The position numbers and the translations under genes were made by a program. The notes under the pieces were generated by a model. That model was not told the DNA's origin. It did no database searches and saw nothing but the letters and a program-made list of their open reading frames with translations. From assembly GCA_037447605.1 (NCBI GenBank), contig CM074819.1:1324297-1388296 (forward strand): a DNA stretch of 64,000 bases, read 5' to 3'. The stretch is from Zygnema circumcarinatum SAG 698-1b (lineage: Eukaryota; Plantae; Zygnematophyceae). This document shows, piece after piece, positions 25,110 through 36,429 of the stretch; positions within the stretch are counted from its first letter, which is position 1, and each line of letters opens with the position of its first letter.

Positions 25110-25540
25110 CCCCCCCCTTTCCCTCTTCCCGCCTCCCTTTACTTCCTTCTTCTCCTTCTCTACCCCTCCCCCCTCCCCCCTCCCTTGCCTGCCCTTCTCC
25201 TTCTCTACCCCTTCCCCCTCCCCCCTCCCTTGTCTGCCCTCCTCCTTCTCTACCCCTTCCCCCTCCCCCCTCCCTTGTTTGCCCTTCTCCTTCTCTACCC
25301 CTTCCCCCTCCCCCGTCTCTTGTCTGCCCTTCTCCTACTCTACCCCTTCCCCCTCCCCCCTCCCTTGTCTGCCCTCCTCCTTCTCTACCCCTTCCCCCTA
25401 CCCCCTCTCTTGTCTGCCCTTCTCCTTCTCTACCCCTTCCACCTCTCCCTTCTCTTGTCTTCCCTTCTCTTTCTCTACCCCTCCCCCCTCCCCCCTCCCT
25501 TGTCTGCCCTTCTCCTTGTCCCTCCCCCCCTCCCCCCCGC
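25110..25540. repeat. CT-rich ~45-bp minisatellite
   Basis: Repeated ccttctccttctctaccccttccccctcccccctcccttgtctgc. Confidence 0.9.
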
Positions 25541-26489
25541 TTGGAGGTGTGCTCCCGCAGTGAGCACACCTCCAAGCGGACAGGGAGAGGACACATTGTG
25601 TCACGAATATCATAGGCAGTGGTGTACTTGTATCCCGCATACGTAGTCACAAGGACGGCCGGTTCCTTTTGTCCTTTCCCTCCTCACCCCTCTCGCACTC
25701 TTCCCACCACCCCTGTTGTCTTTTCTCGCCACATCTTCCTCCACCACTTCCCCTCCTGCCTCCTCCCACCCCCCCTCACTCACGTCCTCTCCCCCTCCCT
25801 TTCCCTGTTCCCCCCTCGTCTCTTTCCATCTCTATTTCACTGTCTTTCCCTCTTCCTCTCGCTGATCTTCCCTCCCGTGCTCTCCCCCATCCCCGTAGTC
25901 GACCCTGCCCCTTTCTCTCTCTCACTCCCCCGTTTCCTCCCTTCATCCCACCAACTTCCAATGCCTTCAATTTTCACAAAACCATCAGCCACCCCTCTTC
26001 TTCCCGCTCGTATGTATTCTCTCTCAACCCCTCATTTCGTTTGCTCGTTTCAATCGTTTAAAGCCCTAGACAAAAAAAGGAAGTGGTCAGAATCAACCTC
26101 ACCTGAAAGACTGAGTTGATAGTGCAGGTCAATCCACAAACCAAAGCGATGTGTTCGTTTTCAGAGTCCCTTTGGAGCTCCTTTTTTCCGAAAAATGTGC
26201 TCTCTCGCAACAAAACTCTAAAGCGGAATCTTTAGCTGAAAGGGCGCAGCCATTCATTCAAAGATCAAAGCCCAGTATCAGTGTGTTGACCAGCCAGGAA
26301 ACACTAAAAAACTGCACAAACAGTCATTGAGGTTCACTGCTTTGGAGCAGATTTTAACCTGAGGCCTACTAGAATGAGACGTTGAAGAAATTGGAGAAAT
26401 GTAATAGTGGAGAGGGAGAGAGGGAGAGGGAGAGGAGAGCTAAGGAGATGATAGGAGATAGGCGAGGAGACAGGGATTCAGGACAATCT

Positions 26490-28020
26490 TTGCCGGCATA
26501 CTTGCTGTTCGCCTTTTCCTTCCCCTGCTCTGCGCTCGCTCATTTGGTCCAATGTATGGCGAGACAAAGCATAAACAATATCAAATTCCCGTCGATAGAG
26601 GCAGAGCTAATTAGTACACCTACAGCCGTCAAAATTCCTTATCGAGATTGAGCCCCTGTCAAGGAGAATATGGAACCACATAGAATTCTGATAAAGAACC
26701 TGGAAAAGGAGCCCTGTAGGAATCCTGTCGAATTCATCAACTCTCACGCCGAGTCCATTTCAACAAGTAGTCTCTTTTGAAAGATAGGTTCGATTTCACG
26801 GACTAACTGAGCTAAAAATGGTCGACAGTACTCTGGCCCCAAGGCACTTATCCGAAAGCTGTAAGTCCTAGATACCATATGAAACCGAGAGTCAGTTTCC
26901 TAGACTTAAGTAAATCTCTCAAAACTGAAATGACATCCTTGAAAGACTGTGTGCGAGAAGTCACTCTCACCCATTGCCGCTGCTACAAATATGTAGGCCA
27001 TACATTGCCTCGGAAACTCTGAGACATTTCATTGCAATAATGGCCTTCTCTCACATCGCTCCCTCTGTGCCTTGACTTTATGTGATTCGAGAATCGCCAT
27101 ACCCACATCTGCGTCTCCAAACGCTCCAATTTCATGTACCTCTCAAAGTGACCTGCAACTGCTCTCCCTACATCGTGCATGCACACCAGAAGAAGTTCTT
27201 TTCCTGCTTTTCGGGTGCTGAGAAAACCTTCCTGTTCGTGCCCCTCTACAATCCTCAAAATAAACCATGTATATGTTCGCAATGCGACAGCGCAAACGCA
27301 AACAGAGCTCCATCCTTTTCTGTACAGTTGAACAGACGAGCACACGATACTTCTCCAGGAACTATTCAAATCGTCATCCTCCTCATGTACAGAAGCCGAC
27401 AGCAATTGAGAGTCTCATAACCCGTCACATCACCTGCAGACATAGTTGCAGAAGAAACTAGCCGCAGAAGCCTAGAAAAGTGAATGAACCGGTGCCCAGC
27501 GCGAGCGCAGCTACAGATGCAGCAAGTACCTTCCTTTCACTGCAGAGCTGTCAACTCAGCTGCGCAATCAGTCATGAAGATGCTCTCTCCCTTTCATTAA
27601 GAATCTCAATTGCAACATTTCCATGAAATCCCTCCCAGTAGTGCCTCCACACCCACCTTACAGCAGCTTCCGATGAAGCGCCTTCTCACCACTCCTCGCC
27701 CACATTGCCTCATTGCCACGCCCTAGCCAGCCATAACCAGTACTTGTCAGCTCCTCACAGACGGACATCCGTGCATCACAAGCAGCATGCAGAATTCTGG
27801 AGAAAACTGCAATTGCATCGAAAGGCATGGTGAACCCAAATCACTTCTTCAATTCAGCTCATATCAATGCAAACCACTTTCAGATGTACTTCCTTCCTTG
27901 CATATGTTCAAACATTCATCCAAAGAAGAGATAAGTGGGGCATCTTCCCTTTCATCACTCATGATAAAAACAAGCTTCATCTCCGAGAAAAAAGCCCCAT
28001 TCAATATTTTTTTCTACCTG
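26490..28020 (-). pseudogene. Possible decayed coding sequence, unidentified
   Basis: Balanced-composition block with long reading stretches on the - strand broken by several stops; no recognisable motif. Confidence 0.2.
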
Positions 28021-28076
28021 TTCCTTTCCACCCTTCATCTCTGCTACCGTCCTTTTGCATCAAGCGGCCGCCGATC

Positions 28077-28320
28077 AATCCCCGTTCCATGTTCCGAATT
28101 CCCCTCCAGTTCCACATTTCCCCGTCCAAATGCCACATAAAATCGTTCCCTCCAACACAATCTCCTCTCTATGTTCCTAATCACCCGTCAGTTGCAAAGT
28201 TCCCCGTAAAACTGCCACATAGACCCGTTTCCTTCCCTCCGAATCCCCGTTCCATGTTCCAGATCCCTAGCCAGTTTCTAAATTCCCCGTCCAGCTGTCA
28301 CATAGAACGCTTCCCTCCCT
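28077..28320. repeat. Three diverged ~82-bp tandem units upstream of PGLP
   Basis: aatccccgttccatgttcc at 28077 and 28242, with a degenerate middle copy at ~28160. Confidence 0.7.
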
Positions 28321-28937
28321 GTCCTACGTGCCCCCTCCCCCCGTTTCGCCCGCCCCCAAAAGACCCTCCCCCTCCGCGCGCCACGTGGCGCCGTACCATT
28401 TTAGCGGATCAGCCTCGCACGAACGGCCCCCTCTCATTGCACCACGTGTCGCGCCCTCCGAAGACCGACATTTTTAACTGTAACGGAACTGTAACGGAGA
28501 ATCCCGTAGTACATGGAACCTTGTAGGGAAAGGGCCCCTTCGCCTCGGGCTTTTGGCGAGGTTCATTCTGTTCGTACGATCGCGAATCCCGGGGTCGCAG
28601 CCAATGGGAGGGTGGCCGTACACGTGCGGGGTGGCGCCGAGAGTGGCTTTTGGCTGAGGCGCGCTGCCGAGCCTGGGCCAGACCAGCAAATTGGGCCGAG
28701 ACTGGTCCGGACCTGCGCCAGCCACAACCAGTTTCTTGAAGCGGAAAAGCGCTCGAGGACGTGGTTGGCAGCGTGCTACATATTGGCGGCGGCAGGGAGG
28801 GATAGGGAGAAAAGGACTCGGAGAAGGAGCGAGAAGGAAAGGGAGGGAGGAGAGGGAGAGGAAGTAGAGGGGGAGGGAGGGAGGAGAAGAGGGAGAGGAA
28901 GGAGAGGGAGGAGGGTTGTGAGGTTTGAGTAGGAAGG

Positions 28938-31900
28938 ATGTCGGCGTCAGCAGCAATGAAGGCGATGGGGAGCTCGCTGAGCACCGCGCAATTGCAGATT
29001 TTACCGGCAGGCTTGAAGACGCCATGCTCTGCAAAAAGGCGAGTACTGGATGGTGCAGGAGGTGGTGGTAGTGAGTAGGGAGGCAGAGGGAGGGATAGCG
29101 GGAGCATGCTGCTGTTGGTGAATCGTGGCGTGTACAATTCTGCATTGCAGTGGTTTAAGTGCAGGGGGGGCCGTAGCTATAGCCGAAGGCAAGGGTAGAC
29201 GGGTGAGGTGTCTCTGTTTATTGCAAGTAAAGTATTGGTAGTAGGTGATTGTATTCATTCCTAAACAGTGAGTAGAGTATGTTCGACAGGTGTATTGTCC
29301 GCTTCTTTATTTTAGAAGGCGGTTCATTTCCTTACTCTCATTTGCCTTGGTTTTAGTGTAATCACCTATTTGCTCTGGAGGTTATGGAAGGTGTATTGTT
29401 ATGACTTCACGGGTAAATTTATTTTCTCCTCTTTGATATAGACACGTAGTTACGCGTGTGTATTCAAGTAACATCGACTCACAGAGGGAATTTCCAGTCA
29501 TCCACTTTATGAAGTTTTGGATAATTTTTGATAGATTTGGAGAGTTTTTCTATTTTATAGATTGCGTCTTGTTTCCTTGTTGACCAACGCCCTAACATTT
29601 TTGCTTGAACTGGCTACAGAGATTTTGCCCCCTTCGTGGGCATGAGGCGCACAGCGCCTGCAATTGTTAGCAGTGCCAAGCCCGTTGGTGCAGAGGCGCC
29701 TCGCAAAGCAGCAACCATTTCGGCGTGGGTCACCAACGGAAGCATAACCACAAGTACGGATATGCCTTCGTCTTTCAACAATCCTGTTTGCTTGCATAGC
29801 TGGCTTACACAGTTTGTTTCTTTATGTGCAGTAAGATTGCCATCGCTAATCTTTACTTAGCGTGTGGTTTATTTTTGCAGATACCCAGGCTCCTTTCCTG
29901 AAGAACCCTGCAGGTCTTATTGACCTTGTGCAGACATTTGTCTTGGACTGCGATGGTATGCATGCAACTCCCTCTTTTGCAAGTGAATTTCAGCACAAGG
30001 ATTCATGGCAACTCTCACCTGTTCCGCTTGTCATTGAATGACACTGCCAATTTATTCCAATCTAAAGTAAGATAAAATTGGCCCTTTGCTTGGCCTACCT
30101 GATCAATGCTTGCAGCGAGTGTTGGAGATGGCCCTGTTTGGTTTGTGACGTGATTTTTTTTCTAAAAACTGCAGGTGTGATCTGGAAGGGAGACAAGCTC
30201 ATCGAGGGTGTTGGACAGACATTGGATGAGCTGCGTGCGAAGGTGAAATAATGTTCATAATATTACTTTTTTTCGTTGCTATCGGAAGCTTGTTTTCCCT
30301 TCCTTAGAAGATGGCTTGATTAACCTTATTCCATGCATGGACTGTGCTTTGGAAATCTCGATCTCTCCGAAATGACCAAGAAATGAGGTCATTGGGGTCT
30401 TTCTGACCTAACCGACTGACTATTGATTGACGAACCTTTCAAAGCTTTTCGTCTGATGCAGGGAAAGCGTCTTGTGTTTGTTACCAATAACTCGACCAAG
30501 TCGCGCAAGGACTACGCGAAGAAGTTTGCCAGCCTCGGGCTGCAAGTCTCTCCAGTAAGTCATTATTGAGCGATGTGTTGGATTCCTCTGGCCTTTGAAG
30601 CCTTTATGATTCTGTATTATACTCAATTTTTCTGGTGAGATTGTCTTCAGATCAGATGATACATTTATAGCTTGCATGTAACTAATGCAGTTTGTTCTTG
30701 CTTGTCACATATTAAGAGGCTCTTCTTCTTGCTTTGTAGAATAGTGAAGCTCCACACTCGAGCTTATGCAGATGCCTTTTTGTTGTACAGGAGGAAATCT
30801 TTGCCTCATCATTTGCGGCTGCAGCGTATCTGAAGTCTATCAACTTTCCAAGCTCTAAGACAGTAAGTTGGACTATTCACTACCTCACTTTCCTTGAATT
30901 ATTGTGTTACGGGAATCCCTGGAGCTGTATGCCGGTTAGTTTACCTCGTTAATCATGCCACGTGGATGATCATGTTTACTGACATGTTTCCATGATGAAA
31001 TTGGAATGCAGGTTTACGTCATTGGAGAGAAGGGCATTCAAGATGAACTGGATGCCGTTGGGATCAAGAATTTTGGTGGACCTGTGAGTTTTCGACTTTG
31101 CCGCTTGTGCCGCTTTGTGGTGCCTGTAAAAAGTTGCTACGTGTTCTTAGCGGATGTGAACCCATCCTTTCGTCGAAGGAGTGACTTTAGAACATGGGCT
31201 AATGGGACATGTGCTATTGTATTGTGCTTGATATGCAGGAAGATGCCGACAAGAGCATCGAGCTTGCAAGTGGAAGCTATCTTAAACATGACAGCGGGGT
31301 ACGTTGATGCAAATCAGCATCCACCTCATGAGAGAGGGAGAGAGAGTTTTCTGGATGTATGCTTGGTATATCTTCTGGATTGTCCAAGATATTCTCGTTT
31401 CTTGGTTGCTGATAAGAATGCAGAAGTTTTATCTGAAGTTTGACTGACGTTGACTTCATGGCTGTGCAGGTTGGAGCTGTGGTGGTGGGATTCGATCGCA
31501 ACATTAATTACTACAAGATTCAGTATGTCTGCTGCCACTGGAAACCATAGTCTTGCTGTAATTGGATGGATCAAATTGAATGCTGTTGTAGGTACATGTC
31601 TTGATCGTGTTCAGTTTCTTGAGAGCTCGTGAGCATGTAGGACAAGCATTTACGGATGGGAGTAAGTTAAGATGATAATTGTTGAATGGTCATCGCTTTG
31701 ACTATAATATGATGAAGTTGAAAGAAAGTTGGTGTGATGATGATGATGCTGATGACGTTTTTCGTATGGTGCAGGTACGGAAGCCTTTGCCTGCGGGAAA
31801 ACAGCGGCTGTCTGTTCATTGCAACAAACACTGATGCAGTGACTCACCTCACTGATGCTCAAGAATGGGCAGGTATGTCTCTGAATGTCCTGGATTCTGC

Positions 31901-34900
31901 CTTAGCTCCATAACCTGACTGAACAGCTTGTGGTTGACAAAATATTGAAGTTTGAAGACTGCTCATTTTTGCATTTATGTTCTGAATTACAGGAGGAGGC
32001 TCAATGGTGGGCGCGCTGAGGGGGAGCACTCGAAAGGAACCTCAAGTTGTTGGAAAGCCATCTACATTCATGCTGGACTACCTTTCCAAGAAGTACGCTT
32101 TTGGAACCATATCCCCTCACCCCTATCAGTACATTTTTTGGCAATTTCCTATGTCAGACTTAGGCGAGGGGCATGATTAAGAATGTGACAGGCTGAGGAT
32201 TGGCAAGTGCGGATCGTTCTAGATATTATTATCTTGTTGGTATTGATTGGCTGTCAGCTGCCATCGTTTTTTTTTTTCCTGCTTTTGTTGACTGCCGGTG
32301 GTTCTGACCTGCAGGTTCGGTATCTCTAAATCCGAGATCTGCATTGTGGGAGATCGTCTCGATACAGACATCCTTTTTGGCCAGAGAGGAGGCACCAAGA
32401 CTCTCCTTGTGCTCTCAGGTAAATTCCACCCACATACATTCCCCACATGCTCCTCTTTCATGGTTGACGCTATTTCGACACAATCAATGGTGATGTTCCA
32501 GCAAGCACACTCCTACTTCGCTGAAACCCTCATGTTTACGTAGTTTCGATATCTCTGGGTCTATTCTGCAGGTGTTACATCATTGGCAGATCTGCAATCC
32601 TCAGATGTTCAGCCTGACTACTACACCGACAAGCTCAGTGATCTGAGAACATCTCCAACCTATGCGGAAGATGCCCCAACTCCCACAGCTCTTCCCAAGA
32701 GAGTAACAACTGGACGTTCCCTTATCCGGGGCAGAGGCCGCGGTAGAGGTCTTGCCCGTCCTTCAGTCGCTCAGTCATATGCTCCCTCATCCCCTGCTCC
32801 TTCATTCTTTGACTCAGTAACTGTGCCAGCAGCACCTGTTTCTGAGTCAGAGTCATACCTCTCCGATGAGGATACCCCTCTTGAAACACGCACTCCCGCT
32901 ACGGCTCGCACAGTTCGCCCCCGAGGTGGGATCCGTGGGAGAGGCCGCTCCCGTAGTCCGACCCCTCGCAGTGTTGTGAGATCAGTTTCACCTTCACCGG
33001 CGGAGGAAGAGCCCCTCTCTTTCTGGGACGCAGAGCCAGTTTCAGTGCCAACATCATCTCCCTCTCGCCCCCGTACTCCCTCTCCCGTCAGACGCGGCCT
33101 TGCTGGCAGAGGCCGAGGCAGGAGTGCAGCACCTCGAGCAGCATCTCGCTCCCTGACCCCTTCAAGGGTTGAGCCAGTAAGCTATGAAGTTGTGGACGAG
33201 CCTACGCCTGTGGTAGTAGTCAGGTCCAAGACCCCTACTGTGCGCGCAAGAGGCGGTCTTCGTGGCCGAGGACGCTCTCGCTCTCCCGCTCCTCGCAGCG
33301 TTTCAAGGTCAGTGGAAGAAGAGCCCCTCTCTCTTTGGGAATCGGAGCCAGTTTCAGTGCAAACACCTTCTCCCTCCCGCCCCCGCATTCCCTCCCCTGT
33401 GAGACGCGGCCTTGCTGGCAGAGGCCGAGGCAGGAGTGTAGCACCTCGAGGAGTGTCTCGCTCCGTGACCCCTTCAAGGGCAGAGCCTGTGAGCTATGAT
33501 GAGAGTGTGGAAGAGCCTACACCTGTGGTAGTGGTAAGGTCCAAGGCCCCCATTGCACGAGGAAGAGGCGGTCTTCGCGGGAGAGGACGCGCCCGCACCC
33601 CCACTCCTCGCAGTGTTTCAAGGTCAGAGGAAGAAGAGCCCCTCCCTCTCTGGGAATCCGAGCCAGTCTCAGTGCCCACATCTTCTCCCTCCCGCCCCCG
33701 TACTCCCTCCCCCGTCAGACGTGGACTTGCTGGTAGGGGCAGAGGCAGGAGTGTAGCACCTCGAGCAGTGTCTCGCTCCGTGACCCCTTCAAGGGTTGAG
33801 CCAGTAAGCTATGAAGTGGTGGACGAGCCTACGCCTGAGGTAGTGGTCAGGTCCAAGACTCCAATTGTGCGAGGAAGAGGTGGTCTTCGTGGGCGAGGAC
33901 GCTCCCGCTCTCCCGCTCCTCGGAGTGTTTCCAGGTCAGTTGAAGAAGAGCCCGTCTCTCTTTGGGAATCGGAGCCAGTTTCAGTGCCTACACCTTCTCC
34001 CTCCCGCCCCCGCACTCCCTCCCCTGTGAGACGCGGCCTTGCTGGCAGAGGCCGAGGCAGGAGTGCAGCACCTCGAGCTGCTTCTCGCTCCCTGACCCCT
34101 TCAAGGGTTGAGCCAGTAAGCTATGATGAGAATGTGGACGAGCCTACGCCTGAGGTAGTGGTTAGGTCCAAGACTCCTATTGTGCGAGGAAGAGGAGGTC
34201 TTCGTGGCCGAGGACGCTCCCGCTCTCCTGCTCCTCGCAGTGTTTCACGGTCAGTGGAAGCAGAGCCCCTCTCTTTCTGGGAATCAGAGCCAGTCTCAGT
34301 TCCAACCTTGGCTCCCTCCCGCTCCCGTACTCCCTCCCCTGTGAGACGTGGCCTTGCTGGTAGGGGCCGAGGCAGGAGTGTAGCACCTCGAGCAGCGTCT
34401 CGCTCCCTGACCCCTTCAAGGGCAGAGCCTGTAATTTATGATGTGGAAGAGCCTACGCCTGTGGTAGTAGCCAGGTCCAAGTCTCCGGTTGTGCGCGGAA
34501 GAGGCGGTCCTCGCGGGCGGGGACGTTCCCGCACTCCCACTCCTCCTCGGAGTGTTTCAAGGTCAGTGGAAGAGGAGCCCCTTTCTTTTTGGGAAGTAGA
34601 GCCAGTCCCAGTTCCAACCTCGACTCCCTCCCCTACCAGGGGTGGCTCTGCGAGTGAGAAGAGTGTGAGAGGTGGCCTGCGAGGCCGAGGGAGAGGACGA
34701 GCGTCGGCGGCTAGAGCTGCCCGCTCTGTGAGTGCTCCCCCATTGAGCGAGTCCCCTGAGCCTGTCGAGTACACTTCCTACTATGAAGCCCCTGTCTACA
34801 GTCCCCCCCGCCAGGAAATTCGAACCCCTCCCCCCACCTCCAATGCTCGTGGGAAGACCGTCAGGGGAAGAGGAAGGTCCGTCCGGCTTTTCCGAGTGTC

Positions 34901-35015
34901 CTCCACTGCGAACGTTCTTGTGGCGAACCGCAGCGGTGGGGGGGGACCTTCAGTTGTCCTCCGGTCATCTAGAAGCCCTTCACCCAGGAGGTCTCCTGTG
35001 ACCATCCGGAAGTAG
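28938..35015 (+). CDS. PGLP1: Chloroplast 2-phosphoglycolate phosphatase (HAD IIA) with ~790-aa repetitive C-terminal extension; 13 exons, ~1,160 aa
   Basis: Transit-peptide-like exons at 28938-29038 (GC donor) and 29620-29753. HAD motifs [67 protein letters not shown] and LVLSGVT. The last exon (from 32572) reads [12 protein letters not shown] straight into the repeats up to TAG at 35013-35015. Confidence 0.93.
32910..34640 (+). repeat. Coding tandem repeat, alternating 312/315-bp (104/105-aa) units
   Basis: The GAG-CCC (EP) anchor of [12 protein letters not shown] recurs at 33009, 33321, 33636, 33948, 34263 and 34575. Confidence 0.95.
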
Positions 35016-36429
35016 AGGGAGGCGGGGGAGAGAGGAAGGGAGAGAGAATGGTGGCAGGTAGAGAGAGATGGAGAGGGAGAAAGATACAGCTATGTGTATA
35101 CAGCAGTTAGAGATTGTTGGACCCTGCACTAACTGTGCAATGTCTTTAAGTTTTTTTAACGATTTTTAGTTTTGGGTGTCTTAGCTTTGTAGGGCTGAAA
35201 GGGATGTTGAAACTGTTATTATGAGAACATCAAGAATCCAAAGCCATGTGTTTGTGTGTTTCTGTTGGATGCGATAAGGTTATGATGATTTTGGAAAACC
35301 AAACAAGAAAATCATTACCATCACTTACATTAAATTTGCCAAATCTCATTTTTTATTGCCTGCTGCTGCGTACATTCAGTCCGATCTGAAGCATTCCTCT
35401 ACTTTATAGCGGCTATCTAGGTATATTTTTCGTAGGCTACGGGGGTAGTTGGGGTCATTTTCTCCTATAGATACTCTTGCGTTAGAAGTCAGCGACGATG
35501 CTCAGAGACTACTTCCTCCTGAATACAACGACGTGCCTTAAGGACGGCTTTCAGTGAAGTAGAGACGGCATGCAGGGATACCTTGGAGGTGACGTTACAC
35601 AATACCTTCAATCTCTGCCATCACTGCGTGCTCACATAGCAGAATGAGGCGGCTTGAATCTAATGTCTAGTGTCATCTAATATCAGGCAGCTGTAGTTGG
35701 GCGTTGGACCTGTTGCTCCCCAAAACAAAGCCAATGGAAAGTCGACTTTCTGAAAGATTTTCAGTGTTCTTGTTGGTTGTTTTCATTTGCAGCAATTACT
35801 TTTGTTAATATTTTTCGTGAGCAATTGGCAGTTTGACTCTGGAGATGTATGGCGAAGGTGACCGACCAGTCCCAGGCTGCTGCTTTTATTGCGCTTTCGG
35901 AAGCCCTTGCAGTGCAAAACCCCATGGACTATCTATCGATGGAATTTAATCCAATTCTCCTCCTGAGACTGAGCCTTCGTTTGTAGACGAGGTAAAATCA
36001 TGAAAAAGGAGTAACTAACTGTCGACTGTTTTTTCACCTAACTTTGAATCAACACTTCGGGTGTGTTCGAAAAATGTCTTGGAAGCTCTCACTGCAATAG
36101 TATCATCTGCCTCTGTGACCCTCAACAAACTCTCCATATTTCACTGGGATAAACCAACCATACACAGTCGCAGATAACTCCCCTCAATTTGGAAACCCCC
36201 TCCACTGTTATCAACGAGGAACTCAAAAGCCTTCCTGAAAACTAACTTGCCAATGCACTGCCTGCTATTGGATCAAAGCAGGGCAGTAGCAGAACATGCA
36301 ATCAAAGCAGCTATTGCGTACGCTGTTAGACGTTCCTTACTTTGCAAGCACTACATTTAAAAAATACTCGAAAAGGACGTGACTAAAAAATAAAAAATGG
36401 GTCCCAACAAAGAGGGAGGTTCCCTTGTA

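Noticed and set aside
33180-33830. YEVV as ATG8-interacting motifs in the PGLP tail
   Set aside because: Short degenerate motif, and the protein appears plastid-targeted, away from ATG8.
32583-35015. Treating the 810-aa ORF as an independent SR/RGG protein gene
   Set aside because: It starts at TTG just after a canonical acceptor (32570-32571) and its first ~22 aa are the conserved PGLP C-terminus, so it is the last PGLP exon.
35480-36300. Possible exon fragments between PGLP and the GT-like gene
   Set aside because: Only short frames with stops and no recognisable motif.
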